A stretch of DNA of 64,000 nucleotides from Eledone cirrhosa (lineage: Eukaryota), in the NCBI GenBank assembly GCA_964016885.1, contig OZ024740.1, forward strand, positions 286,626,001 to 286,690,000. Reading direction: 5' to 3'. The notes beneath the pieces are model-generated. The model was given only the letters and a program-made list of their open reading frames with translations, had not been told where the DNA came from and did no database searches. The position numbers and the translations under genes are program-made. Shown piece by piece: positions 25,948 through 40,048 of the stretch; positions within the stretch are counted from its first letter, which is position 1; each line of letters starts with the position of its first letter.

Positions 25948-26080
25948 GCTTTATTGACATGCGAGTCTCCAAATCCTGGAAAAATTTATTCCCATGAAGG
26001 CAACCATGTTATGCTGTCATTACAGCGAGAAGACAGATACATTCGGAACTACAATTTTAGAATCAATGCATCCCTTTCAA
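25948..26080 (+). CDS. Host gene coding exon 3: CUB-like ectodomain, C-terminal part
   Basis: Acceptor ttgtattttaAG, donor GTGAGT, phase 0 to 1: ALLTCESPNPGKIYSHEGNHVMLSLQREDRYIRNYNFRINASLS, resembling the C...P..i.S..n.v.l......gF.i CUB end. Confidence 0.85.
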
Positions 26081-27734
26081 GTGAGTTTAACCTTTTGTGA
26101 CCTCTAATGTAATATATGTCATCTATGTTTTTTTTTATTATTTGTAAAATGCTTAAAAATTTTAAAGAATTTTACAAACATAACTAACTTTTACATCATT
26201 AAGTTTGGAACATAATAAAACAGTCTTATATAAAATTATGATGGAACATTTTAATTTAGATACAGACACTTTAAAATTAGATGTCTATGTAAAAAAAAAA
26301 CTACAAGCAGTTCAATTGGGTTGTTGTTAAAAGAGTTCAGTAAGAAATTTCATGATTGTTTTCTCTTTAATTGCTTTTATTGTTGCAATCACTTTGTGTT
26401 ATTGGTGTTATATTGCTGTCCACATAATATTGTATACATAGACAAGGTGTTTAGATATGTCTATGTATACAGTGCTGGCTAGAACTCTATACATATACTC
26501 TATAATAGAGTATAACATTGAAACAAAGCACTATTAGCATATGTTTTTTCATGCTAGCATGGTTGGACAAGACATATTTTAAGCAGTATTCTACAGCCAG
26601 AAGTCCTTCCTACTTTATTCTTAATCATGACCTCCAACAAACTGCTAGGCTATGGGAAAACACTAGCTTAAGTGCTATAGTAAAAACACTTGCCTAAGAT
26701 ATCAGTCTGTGGGATCAAATCTGAAACTACATAGTTGCAAAGTGAACTTCTTAACCACACAGCCATGCCTTCACCTAACTATGACTGGTGTCATATTAAT
26801 TAAATTAAATAATTTCTTGGATTGCTATATTAAGCACCAAATTTACTATATACTTAAGGGTTGGGACAATAGCTGGTACCATGAGAAGGTATATTTTGTG
26901 TAGCAGAGACATTGCATAAACCAACAAGAGTTTCATTGGCTTACAGAGCTGAGTTGAAATATTTCTATCTGTATAACTTGAAAAAAAAGGGGATCTTGCA
27001 GGCTGGCTAACCCCTATTTGAAGATTAAGGTTTTTAATAGTACTCTACTGGTCAATAGACTGTGGGACAATTACATTTCTTAAGTTTTGTTTAGACTCTG
27101 GTTGGGCTAGATAAAAAAAAAACCTATGATCAAAGATATTCCAGCTGTGACCTTCCCATCTATTTTCAGACCTAGTGTATTTCGGACTATATTATCCAAT
27201 GTAACCCCCCTTTTTTAAAACATGTAATTTGATGGAGATTTTGTTACTGTTTCTAGCAGTTTGAATGACCACATAAAAACTCTCACCATGGTACATGAGA
27301 ATTAAGTATCCTTAGTCAATACTGCTTGTATCTATTTATGGTACCATCCAAGCATTCACAAAATCAGAAACTGTATAAAGTTTGGCAGCCATGTTAGAAA
27401 TATTTCACTTTGTTAAAAGAATTTCACAAGTCGGTCTCTCGAAAATTATAAACATATATGTTTTAAATTATTTTGTGGCCCTGTGGATTGTCATTGGTAA
27501 ATCTGTCATTGGTGCAGAAGTAGGAGTGACCTAACATATCTTTTACACTATTTTTCAGAGAGATTTATAACCATTTTATATAATCTCTGAAGATTTGTGC
27601 ATTGTAAGCTGCAATGTAGCAGTGAGAATATAATTTTATATCCAATAATTTAGCCTAAATTCCTCCAAACCTTTTACCCCATGAGTTACTTTCTATTCAT
27701 AATTATTAAATACCATGAGGTAATAACTTCATTA

Positions 27735-27945
27735 TGTTGGCAGAATCGGTTGAGCACCGGACATGCTTTGTGGCATAGAGTTACGACTGTTTACATTCTG
27801 AGTTCAAATCCTGCCAAGGTTAGCTTTGCCTTTTATCCTTACGAGGTAGATAAAATAAAGTACCAGTCACGCACTGGGGTTGATTTAATCGACTTTCCCC
27901 TCCCCCAAAATTGCTGGCCTTGTGCCTATATCTGACACCATTATT
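27735..27945 (+). mobile_element. tRNA-derived SINE
   Basis: ttggcagaatcggttgagc...gagttcaaatcc...gataaaataaagtaccagt. Confidence 0.75.
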
Positions 27946-28552
27946 ACATAAATAAGAACCTGATTATTATTGGCTGAAATAATTATATTTATATTTATTT
28001 CTTATTGCAAAATTTGCTACTTCAGATTATCATCATCATCATCATTTTACATTTGCTTTTCCATGTTAACATGGGTTAAGAGTGTTGTCATGGACAGAGT
28101 CAGTTTTTATTCAGTAGGGCATCCAGGCATAGAAAAATTACCAAACTAAGGGTTTAGAGTACTCCTCAGTTTTGTCAAGGGCATGACATCGTCTTTAGTG
28201 CTGATGCCATGATGAAATAAAACACTCAGTACACTCTTTATGTTGGTTGAGGATATGAAGAGCATATAGCTGTAGAAACCATGCCAAAACTGGGATATAT
28301 GTAAGAGTGTTCTGCATCTGGCAATAAAATACTGCTTCAAAAAGCCATGACAGTATAGAAAAGCAGATGTCAAGATGATAATGATAATTAAAGTTATTGC
28401 ATACAGAAGGCTTAATGAGAACTATTAGTAGCTGTTGTCATAAAAGAGTTATTGTTAATCTTTTCTGTTTTGAAAAATAACATTTAAATATGTGTTGAGA
28501 TATCTATTTTATATTTGATTTTGTTTATTTATTTTTTTTTTATTTTCTTTAG

Positions 28553-28798
28553 CTGGTCCTCCAAAACCTCCAAAACCAATAAAAACAATCCTAACTGTGA
28601 TCGGCTTAATCACTGCATTTGTTCTTACTGGTTGTGGATTTTTATATAAATGCTACTTGATGCGGCGAGCACGATGGCAGGAATCTACATCGGTACTAGA
28701 TGTTCATGAATCCTCGACACCTAGAGTAAGACACAGGTTTCCAGGTATGAACCATCCAAGGAATGCAAATAATGTTGGCACGCAAACTCTTATGAATG
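28553..28798 (+). CDS. Host gene coding exon 4: Pro-rich stalk, TM helix and juxtamembrane region
   Basis: Strong polypyrimidine acceptor, donor GTGAGT, phase 1 to 1: (T)GPPKPPKPIKTILTVIGLITAFVLTGCGFLYKCYLMRRARWQ...QTLMN(G). Hydrophobic helix followed by basic residues. Confidence 0.9.
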
Positions 28799-30009
28799 GT
28801 GAGTTCTGCATGTGGTGGGTCTGTGTGTAATTGTGCTCAAATGTTGAATGTTCTGTTTGGCGACCATGCTTATTCATTTGAGAATGTAATTTGAAGTAAA
28901 ATGTGATAAAAGAAATGATATTGGCAGGAAAAAAAATCATGCTAATTTTTCCTTCCTGTTGTTGCTTTTTCTCAACCACCTCAACCACTTATTGGTTTTC
29001 TATTTATATTCTCTATTTACAATTCAATCATTTTTAATCTTTGTTGATTATATTTGGCCAGCTTGGCACTGTTTCTCTTGGCATGCAGTGAAATTAACAA
29101 TTTGATAAAGGACTTTCACTTATCCTATTCTTGACTGTGTTAATAAAGTAGACGCTATTTTTACAATGAGATGAAAACGCTTTGTAGAAAACATTCTTGC
29201 CAAAACATATGCCAAGTGTAGCTTTAAAAAAAAAATATTTTATATTAAGCAAAAAAAAACACTTCAATTTTGATTTGATTTTTAATATGTGTGAAGAGTT
29301 TACTATTGTTTGAGTATATGTGTACATGTATTCATTCATGCATATATTTCTGTTGTGGATGCTAGCATGGCTGAGTGGTTAAGAAGTTCACTTTGTAATC
29401 ATGAGGTCTCAGGTTTAATCCTACTGCATGGCATCTTGGGAAAGTGTTTTTACCATCGCTTTGGTTTGACCCCCGCCAGTCTTGTAGTGAAATGGGTTGA
29501 TGGAAACTGTGCAGAAGCTCATTTGATGAAGTCTACCAGTAATTCATCACCTTTCTTCATTTCTTTCTTCTAGTCTATGTGCTTATATGCTTTTCTTGGC
29601 CCCGTTCCTCTCAATCTTTTTTATGTTTCATCTGCCTATTGCCCACGTTGTGGATTGACTCTGTGCCGACCTCCAGTCTCTGCCCTGAGGCATATTTGCT
29701 CATTGCTGTCTTTGACAGCATTTGGCTGTTTTACAAACTGTTCTAGCATTGAGTTTTCTCATTTTTCTATGACAAGAGACATTAATGTTTATTTATATAT
29801 TTAACAGTCAAGCCCTTTAGCTTCCATACTCTCCTTCTCTATATTTTTCTATGTGTCTTGTTCTGTCTTGTACTTATTCTGATGTCCCTAATATCTAATT
29901 TATGTTGTGTAGTGCATTCTTTGCCAAGGGTAAACTTAGCATTCAAAATCTGCCTGTCATTTTTTAACAAATGAAAAGTCAATCTGGTTTGTGTGTTTGC
30001 TTGATTGAT

Positions 30010-30885
30010 GGCTGACCAGTTTCTTGAAATTAGTCATTTCATTGGCATCACAGAATTCAAGGAGCTTCACTTCCTCTTCATTTCTCGAACCATAACCATA
30101 TCCACCATGTACTTCATTATATCCATCCTGGTGCTGTCCAACATGCCTGTTGAAATTGCTAGCCAGGGTGATGAGATCTCTGTCATCTGTAATGGAGTTT
30201 GTCTGTAAAGGTTGCTCCTATAAGCAGTCCTTTTGTTCCTTACTTAGTCTTGCTTATTGTGTGTGTAGCTTGATATGATTGTCATCATCCTATGAATATT
30301 CTGAGTTTGATAATTCTGTCACTTACTCTAACTACTTCTCAGCTAATAGAATGCCTACCCCATCTACTCTGTCATCATTCCCTACCCAGAAAAGCTTGTA
30401 TCTGTGTAGTTTGTCTGTGATTAGTCATGCAGAGGCACCTCGCTATCTTACCTTTTGAATACAAGATACATCCACTTGTCTTCTATCAATTTTACCTAAT
30501 CTTTCTTTCAGGATGCCCACATTAAGAGTGGCAACTTTGATATGTATTACCTGACAGTGGTGGTTAGGTCGTCCTCTTGTAGTAGTGTCTTTCTGTACCT
30601 GAAAGAGAATATAAGCATGTGATTGCTTTATGATGGTTGAGGGGTTCTCGCACATAGCTAAGCTAGCCACCCCTGTACCATGCACACCACTAACATGACT
30701 AGTATTAGTCTTGTTTACGAAGTTGGTGTGAATCATATATTCTTTGCTGGTCATGGTTTTTTGGTAATATTTTCTGGTTGGATGCCCTTCCTATCACCAA
30801 CCACTTTACAAGGTCGATGGTCTGTATTCTTTGTACCACCAGTACTAAAGAGGTTATCTGACTAGACTGAGGAGTCCTCTCTACC
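30010..30885 (-). mobile_element. Old, decayed RTE family B 5' region (APE endonuclease start and 5'UTR)
   Basis: AMCENPSTIIKQSH and IKVATLNVGILKERLGKI...VDVSCIQKVR are collinear with 54100-55030. Confidence 0.75.
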
Positions 30886-33274
30886 TTATTCAGTCTTATT
30901 TGTTTGGGGTGACTGTTCTCCTAGACAGTCCGCTTTTTCCCACAGCTTGCAGAGACTACATCAACTCTGTGCAACCCTGTCATGAGTTTAAGAAGGCGGC
31001 ATATAGAACATAGTAAATAGCCAGAGAGGGAGGGAGTAGGGAGGAAGATAGAAAGGTAGAACACAGATAGGAAAGTGGTGTAAAGAGGATGGGAGGATGG
31101 TGGAAAGGGAGTGGGTGGATGGGCTATGCGGCAATCAGGCAAGTCACTATATAAACTATCATAAAAATTGTAATACAGGAATACTGAAAGGGAACAAAAA
31201 AATGTAAAAATTCAAACTTAAATACTTGATTTAAAAAGGAACTCAGTCAAATTGAAAAGACAGAGAGACTGTCTTTTTGGTTTGACCAAATTCCTACTTA
31301 CACACACACACACATATATATATACACACTTTTTTCTTCTCTCTCTTATATATATATATATATATATATATAATCACAGTGTTCCATAATAGCAGGCTTT
31401 TATAGATGATTTGTGCAATCTCCTAGGATTTCTGAAAAGTAACAGAAGCTATTTATATATTTTATCTATCTAAAGCTCATGACTGAACAGGTTAGTTGTT
31501 TGACACTACATTAGATACATGTTTCTACTTCATTGAGCATCTTCGCTGATGTGTAACCTCCTCACTGTAACTTTGTTAGAGATAAATAAATATACAGGCA
31601 GTGATTAGGCAGAGTTATTAGAAATAGAATAAAGTTCCTTGTGGTAAATTTTTCCAGATCATTGCACTTTAGGTTCAAATCCCACCAATGTCAACTTTTC
31701 TTATCATCCATTCAGGTTGGTAGCCTGATGGAATTGTTAGTGTTAGATAAGGTGCCCTGTGTTATTTGTTCCAGCTCTTTTTGTTCTGCATTGAAACCCT
31801 GCAGTTGACGTGATTCATTACTCAGTTTAACACCATCATCTGCTCCTTGAGTTCCTTTAGCAAAGTCATCTCTGTAAACATTTGCACAAGGTAACCAGTT
31901 TGAGGATAACTCCCTTCTTTCCACTGTTCGCTGAGACTCAAAAAAGGGTCATATGCACTGAAAGGAAAAAATAGAAATGTATATTTGTTTGTGTAGAATA
32001 TTAGAATCGTTTTTGGAATAAATAATTCTGATATGCCCTCTGGATGATAAACAATAGGTATGAGCTAATGAAAGAGTATCTATTTAATCACTTGTCCTGC
32101 CAGAAGTAACAGCCAAATCTCCTTCAAATCATCACTCACTAAAAAAAGGATACATTGGATAATGTAATCTTAAACATTTGCTGATGAGGTCTAATAAGAC
32201 CAAAACATGTCTCAATATTAGTTATTAACCAATATTGTCTTTTCATCCATTTCATCATTGATTTAACATCCACCTTTCCATGCTGACATTTCTGACTTCG
32301 TAATTAATTTTAATTAGTTTTTTAATGCTCATTGTATATTAACACAAACTTAATTCATCAATTGTGTGAAAGACATGACAACCTCCCAAATATTGGATAG
32401 GGGTGGGGAGCCAGTGTTTCACGAGAGCTGTACTCAATGGTAGTCTGTCTTTTAAATATAATGAACTCAATAACAGACTGGTTAATTTTATAAAGACTCT
32501 TAACAATTGGGATTCTGCATTATGGTAACACTGGTTTGGTTATAGTAGTAGTAGTAGCACTAGCAGCAGCAGTAGTAGTAGTAGTAATGATTCTGTGCAG
32601 TATTGCATGTTTAGAGACAGAATTCCTTGGAATGCACAATATGCCAGCTCTATCTAACCTGAACTTCTTTCTCCCCCTCTTCATCATATCATTGTCTTGA
32701 TTGGCACATCCTGCTAGATTTCTTATGTATTTCTTTATCTTAATAATGGCTAAAACTCATTTTTTTTCCCTTCCCCTTCCCCCCTCTGATGCTATTTTAA
32801 AGTAACCTGCTGATGTATCTCATTAATGATAAGATCAAATCCATTACAGCCGTTGACATGGTAACATGTTAATGGAAATTCTCTATCTTCTGCTATTGTT
32901 ATTTTAGAGTATTATTTCATTCTATTTCATTAGCTTTTTTTTAATTAATTTTGTATTTAAGACAAAAAAAAATGAATTTCTTCTCATGTTTTGTTGTTCA
33001 CCTGCTTCCAGTTTTCTGTATTTACTTTTCCATTCTTACCATTCTTCTTGTTGGCAGACGTTATCTATATTTTCTGTCATCCATCATTCTGTATTGAAGA
33101 ATCACTTTAGGCTTTAATTTTCCTTTTTTTTTTCTTTCTCTACTGATAAATCATGTGTTTTGTTGTTTTTTTTGTTTTTGTTTTTTAAGGAATACATTAT
33201 AAGCCAAATGTAAGAGTTATTATCCACTATGTTTGGATATTTCATGCTAAAACAGTTTGGAATAAATAAACAAA

Positions 33275-33366
33275 AAAAAATATTGTGAATTTAGAATAAA
33301 ATATAAATAGTCAGAATTTGAAAAAATATTGTGAATTTAGAATAAAATATAAATAGTCAGAATTTG
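33275..33366. repeat. Perfect 46-bp tandem duplication
   Basis: aaaaaatattgtgaatttagaataaaatataaatagtcagaatttg occurs twice. Confidence 0.95.
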
Positions 33367-33889
33367 TGCAAGTAGAAAAGTAGTTAAGCTTGCCTATGTT
33401 GTAGCTAAATATAATAAATTAAGATGACAGTATCTAGAAGTGACAAGTTCTCTGATCAAAATATATATTGTTATGACTATTAATCGTGATCAAAGGAACA
33501 AGTGACTCTAAATATTAAAGTTTTTCAAAGAAAAGGGAGAAAGAAAGAGAAAAAGGCAGGAATTTGTATATATATAAATATATATGTGCATAACCCATGC
33601 CAGTGTGAAAGAAAAAAATTGCTTTCAATCTATCATTGTTTACTTCCATTTGGTCTTACCTCATACTCATTATTAACAAAAGAGCGTGAACAATGGAAGT
33701 ATTGAACAAACATATGCATGCATGGTCCCGTAACTCCTGAGAGAGTCATAAGCGCATTGTATTGACATATGGTGTTTCTAGGGCATTTTTTAAAACCTGG
33801 CTGAGCCCATCTCCTCTCCCGGTCAGAATACAGATTTCTTCTAGAGAAGGATAGAGAATGAGAGAATGGAAGTGAGAAAGGGATATAGT

Positions 33890-34050
33890 AGAAGAATCAA
33901 CCCCAGTACTGGACTGGTACTTTTTTTTTTTATCAAACTTGAATGGATGAAAGGCAAAGTTGACTTCAGCAGGATTTGAGCTCAGCAAGCTGGAACAAAT
34001 GACACAAAAGCATTCTATCCGACATTCTACTGACTCTGCCGATTCACCTT
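33890..34050 (-). mobile_element. tRNA-derived SINE
   Basis: Reverse complement of the 14249 family (actggtactt...gatgaaaggcaaagttgac...ggatttgagctcag). Confidence 0.7.
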
Positions 34051-34419
34051 CTTGAACACACATAGTATTGCACACAAAATTTGTATGAGTGAGCCCAAGT
34101 GACTTTTCATTTAAGAACACTCAAATTTGTTTTTTCATAATTTTCTTAATGAAATTTACTGAAATACATTTTGATTATGATTTTGTTGAAATTTAAAAAA
34201 ATAAAAAAATAAAACAATTTTTTTTACCCTTCATACTCGTAGAAATGATATATGCCATTCCAGGAATGTATGTAAGTAAGATGAGGTCTCAGCCCATCTG
34301 AGAGATCAGCAGATCCAATTAAGTATTGACTTGGTCTGTGCTAACAAAGAAAATAGGCATTAGGTGTTATATTTGTATGTGTATATATAAATTTATATAT
34401 ATATATACTAATATACCTA

Positions 34420-35125
34420 GAAAACAAATTCTCACTTGATTACAAGTACCATAATTTAATTAATAAAAATGCCATTAAAATCTCTTACTCTACCACTAGT
34501 AATAACAAGAAAATTAGTAAATATTTTTCTTCTTATAACTTAGATAACAATTCACAACCAGTTGATATGCTTAACAATATTGTACCTAATAATTTTAGTA
34601 ACCACTCTCATAACACATTAATTTCTAGGACTTATAGGAATGTTAATAGCAATTCTAGCGTTCATATATCTAACTCTAATAACTTTTCACATCTTTATCC
34701 TCAAAACTGCTTAATCAATAGTTATAATTGTAATTGTAAGCCTAATAATGTATGCCCTCTTAATGGAAACTGCCTTGTTAAGAATATTATTTATTCCTGC
34801 ACTGTCATAACTTCCACCAACTCCAAAACCTATATCGGTTCTACATCGAATACTTTTAAGAACTCTAAGCTTAAGCATGCAAACTCTTTATCTAATTTCA
34901 TATCATTTCTGAAGAGTAGTTATACACCTTACACTCTGACCTGGAATGTGATTGCAAAAACTTCTTATAAACCCCACCCAATAAATTTTGTAACCTTTGC
35001 CTTCTTGAGTCCCATACTATTATTTATTCTAAATTAAATTTATTAAATAGGAAATCTGAGATTTTTTCCACTTGTCCTCATATTAATCACAATTCTTTTT
35101 ACTATTTTAAACCTAGTGACTAACT
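34420..35125 (+). mobile_element. Penelope-like GIY-YIG remnant, second family
   Basis: IKISYSTT...CNCKPNNVCPLNGNCLVKNIIYSCTV...KTYIGSTSNTFK...LSNFI...TWNVI; the 3' part has LNRKSEIFSTCPH in another frame. Confidence 0.8.
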
Positions 35126-35308
35126 TATACCAATGTAGATTTATCTATATATTTTTTTAGTAACATTAGTATCATTACATTCTTATAACATCCCTATTCT
35201 GATCCCTTCAATTTATTATAACCACCCCATCACATTTAGGCATTTTATTATTTTATTATATTATCTTTAATAAGCCCCACTCAAATCCTGAATTTATTTT
35301 TACTAATA

Positions 35309-36498
35309 TAATAATAATAATGAAATTATTGTGTACAGTGCTCAGGTGCACTACAACTCATCAAAGGTGCATGTATAGTACATAGAATAATATACAAATG
35401 TCAGGGAAGTGAATAGTGTATGAGTCATGATATACATGTGTGTGTGTGTGTGTATGAAGGGGGAATATTAGGTGTAGTGTTAGCGAATTTCAGGAAGCAT
35501 GGAGGTTTTAAAGGATTCAGTCTCTCGACAGTTAACAACTGATGCAGGTAGTGTGTTCCATGCTTCAGCAACTCTGAGCGTGAAAAAATGTTTCCGAAAG
35601 TCATGGGAGCTGAGCTGTTTTCTGACTTTGTGGGCATGCCCACATGTGTTAGACACATGGAAATCAAAAAGGTGTTGTTGGCAAGATGGTTAATGATTTT
35701 GTGGGTGTTTACCAAGTCAGTTGCCAGACGTTGGCGCTTCAATGTATCCATGCCCAGGGAAGCAAGGTGTTCAGAGTATGGTAGATGCCTGATGGAGGGT
35801 ATTCGCTTGGTTGCACGTCTCTGAACAGTTTCCAGGCGATCAATGTTCTGAGCTAGATAGGGGTTCCAGACTTGTGATTTAAATTCTAAGTGTGGCCGCA
35901 CCATAGCTATATACAGCTTTAAATAGATAGCTGGAAAACAGCTGACAAAGGTCTTGCTGAGTGATGCTAAGACACCCTCGGCCTTCTTGACAATTTTAGA
36001 GACGTGCTTCATCCAACGCAAATCACTGCTGACCGTTATGTCCAGGTCACGTTCACAAGAAGACTTCTTGATATTAGTGTTGTGGAGGGAGTATGAGGAC
36101 ACTGGGTTTTTACTCCCAAAATGCATGGTGATACACTTGCCCACAGCCAACTTGAGTTGCCAGTCCGTGATCCATTGTTGCATTGTGTCCAGGTCTGATT
36201 GCAGGCAAGATCTATAGTCTTCAGCGTCTATCCTTTTTATCTCCAGGTACAGCTTGATGTCATCTGCATATTTCAGTACTGTGGCATTCTTTAAGTTGGC
36301 ATCTATGTCATTAATATATGCCACAAACAAAAGGGGGCCACGAACAGATCCCTAAATCCCTGTGGTACACCAGATGACATCTCATATGGTGAGGAACGCT
36401 ATCCTAGAACCGTGACTACCTCTCTTCGACTGAGAATGAAGGACTTCAACCAGTTAAAAAGATCATCCTTCACACCCATTGCAGAGAGTTTAACCATT
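35309..36498 (-). mobile_element. 5'-truncated CR1-like LINE (RT C-terminal half, 3'UTR, (TTA)n tail)
   Basis: GVPQG...PLLFVAYINDI, KYADDIKLY, LQSDLD, ERDLDI, VRPHLE, WNPY, LETVQRRATK; (AAT)n tail. Second copy at 63549-64000. Confidence 0.95.
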
Positions 36499-38442
36499 GC
36501 CTCACTCTCTATTTTTTCAGTAGTATACCTTCAATATTTATATAATTTATTAAATATTTAATTAATTAGTATTAATTTTTTTATCCTTAGATAATTTTTT
36601 AACCTTTTTTTATCCGTTGATATTATTTAGCTCATTTTTACTCTTTTACCTGTTCTAGCCATCCGGCTGAGGCCATGCTGGGCATGTATATAATTTTTTT
36701 TAATTATACCTAGCATTATAGTATACATTGATAAATTATTTTATTTGTACTTTGTAATATATTATTTTTTAAATAATTTTTAGATAATTTAAAAAATAAT
36801 TCTTTAGTTCTATAATCATTAGGCCTCATAATTTTTTTTATGTAATTACACCTGACTTACAATTTATAACTCTTATAAAAAATATTTAGGAATTATCTCC
36901 CTTTTATTCTTAATTTTCTATCAACCGTCAGCTAACGATAGATTTTCAAACTCTATGTTAAGATGGAGTTATTTATGCTTAGCATATAAGACTTTCTTCC
37001 TTCTGTTCAAATATGTGGTGCTTTTTCCGATGATAACACTTATTCTATATTGGATTTTACTTCGCTGATTATATTTACTCAACATTAATTCCTTTTAATG
37101 GTTTGATTAATAATAATAACACTTTAACCTGCACAATTTCAAGACCAAACCTCCCTTTAGGGATGTTCAGATTTTGAGAAGCAAGCAAGGGAAAAGATGT
37201 TACATGATGATCCAAATTTTTGGGACCATACCTAGTCAAAGCAATGTTAATGGACCTTGTCTTTATGCCAAGTTGATGAAAGTGAGGACAGGTCTCAATC
37301 TTATTAGATCTTCTTAATGAAACATATTCACTTAGCAAATTGCCTTGACTAGAATTGTCTATTACATATGTAAAGAGGGAGAAAGGAATTGTGTGGAAAG
37401 GGTAGAGGTGGAAATACCTGAGGGTAGCATTCTACATGAAGTGTATATATGCAAGTAGAGTTTCCCATTCTAAATATGCTGAGTAGAAAAACCTTCAATC
37501 AACTGAGACTATCCTATGTTTCAAGACTGAAATTCCCTTTGGAGTGTTCAAATTCTGAAAAGCAAACAAGAAAAATTGAGTTAGAGAGAAAGATGGCTCC
37601 TCAGAATGATATTCTTTAAAGATTCGCTATTGTCATTGCTGGTACTGTTATTGTTATTTAACTCCAGATTAGGCATGATTGAGCAGGCCTATGATCAAAA
37701 GCAATCCATCTAAGGCCATCTCTTCTCTTTGCATATCAGGAATCTGTAGGATGTGGTTAGTGGCAGAGTTTGTTACTATTTCTAGCAATTACATAAAGGC
37801 TTCTATCCTGGTTTGTTACTTTTGTTGTTTAACCTCAGGTCAGTCCTGATCAAAGGTGTTCCAGCTGTGACTATCCTGACTTATTTTCCGACATAGTATG
37901 TCTTGTGTAAAACAATATGGTGTAGTTTGAACAAGATTTAGTTGCTGTTTCTAGACTTCCTCAATGGTTTGCTATTTTTTTTGTTGTTTAGCTGCAGGTT
38001 AGTCCTGTTTGAACAGACACATGATGAAAGGTATTGAACATCTTGTCTTTTTAGGTGTATCTTAAACTACATTATCTCATGTGTTCTTTATCTAAAAATA
38101 TAGAATGTGGTTTGTGAAAAATGTTGCTGTTATCTCTACCAGGTCAAGCAACTGCATTGATCAACAGTCTGCCAAACATGTTCATCCCACCTTTTTAGGT
38201 ATTCTGTTACTTATCATTTAAGATGATACTGAAATTTGGCTGCTATTTCTAGCTGTTCAAAAGGTCATGTAGAGGCTTTCTCATTAGTTTGTTGTCTTGT
38301 TTGTGTTGGTGTTAATAAAAGTAATGATATTGAACAAATGCCATTAACTGTTCTAGTAACAAACAGTCCCAAACAGTAACAAACAAGATGTTTTGTCATT
38401 AGTTCTAGCTCTTGTGTACTGATTTAAAATCACACTATGATG

Positions 38443-39630
38443 TACTTGATAAGTAGACTTCATTTATCACCTAGTTTAACACCACCACCTGACTGTAGGA
38501 TGCCTTTAGCAGGGCCCACACTGTTGCAAGCACTCAGGTCAGGTCTCCAGTTTGAAGATACGTTCCTTAGTCTCTATTCCCAACAGTGGTAGGCTGTAAG
38601 TCAATAGAGCTTTATTGTTTGCTTAGCTTTCTCATGTTATCTATCTTATATATGAAGATCTTATTGTCTTTCAGTTTAAATCCTACAATTTGTAGTTTTA
38701 CTTCTCAATACTATAGACTTTCAGCAATGTCTTTTGATGATTTAGTTAAAGAAGGATGGGCAGTGCTCATGACTTTTATTCAAGGAAGTTGTCCTCCAAT
38801 AGGGAACCCTACTTGAAAAGCTTACAACTGTGAGTTTTTATAAAGATACCTAAAGATCCAGTAGGGATATTAAACAAAGTGACAGATTAAGTTGATCACT
38901 CAAGAACAGGAATAAACCTTCTGATAGGCTTCCACGCAGTTTCTATTTGCCAAATTTAAATCATAAGGCCTTAGTCAACCCTAGAACATTGTAGATGTCA
39001 CTTTCCTAAAGTGTCTTGCAGTGGGATTGAACCTGAAACCACATAGTTGCAAAGTGTACTTTTTCTTTCTATTGTACTGTCCTGATGTTGTTATTGTTGT
39101 TGATGAGCCCTGGTCAGCTTAAATCAACCATTACACAAATTTAACCAACTAAGCAAACCACTCATTAGTGTACTGGCTCAGCTAAGCTTCAGTCAGACCT
39201 TGGCTCATATTACATAATTTAATTGTTGCTATTTAGCCCAAGTCAAACTTAATGATTCAGATCTATATAATCAGAGGCCTTCCAGTTTTGATTACTTCAT
39301 CTTTTTAGGACTACATTATTATTTCCATTTTGTAAAGTGGGTAGATTCCTTTTTCTGCAATGAGAAGATTTGACTGCTACTTCTAGTATGTTGAGCAACC
39401 ACTAGTTGTGTGGGATACAATCCTGACATTTTCCCTACATCTTATCCAGATTTTTTTTATGTTTAGTCAGGGAGGGATGGGCAATGCCCATGACTGATAG
39501 GAGGAAAAGAGATATCCTCAAACTGGAGACCTGACCTAAATACTTGCAACAGAATAGACTTTGCTGAAGATGTTTAAGGATCAGGCAGCTGTGTTAACCT
39601 AGGTGATAGATGAAGCTTGCCATCCAAGTA
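38443..39630. repeat. Imperfect inverted repeat, ~120-bp arms (38443-38570 and 39513-39630)
   Basis: ctgttgcaagcactcaggtcaggtctccagtttga pairs with tcaaactggagacctgacctaaatacttgcaacag; tatcacctag pairs with ctaggtgata. Confidence 0.75.
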
Positions 39631-40048
39631 GGCCATAGTGGTATTTGAACTCAGAATACAAAGAAATGAAACAAAGATTCTCTAACAATTCTACTGACCC
39701 ACAGCCATGAATTGCTACCTTATTTCATCAACTTTGAAAGTATGAAAGGCAAAGTTGACCATGGGGGGGGGGGGGGACTCAGAGAGCTGGAACAAATACT
39801 GCTAGGCATCTTGTTCTATGCTCTAATGAATGCCAATTTGTTGCCTTATTTTTTGGTGTTGAGAGCTAGTTTGTTGTTGATGTTGTTGTTTCTAGTGATG
39901 TTGATACAATAAGGTTTGTGTTGCTAGTGATGCTGTAAAATGATTGCTCTCGTTAAATTTACTACCTTTTAGATGGGATTCTTATGTGGTTTAAAATACC
40001 AAGAACAATTTGAATTACTGCAGCATAAATTATCTATTTCTGTTATAG

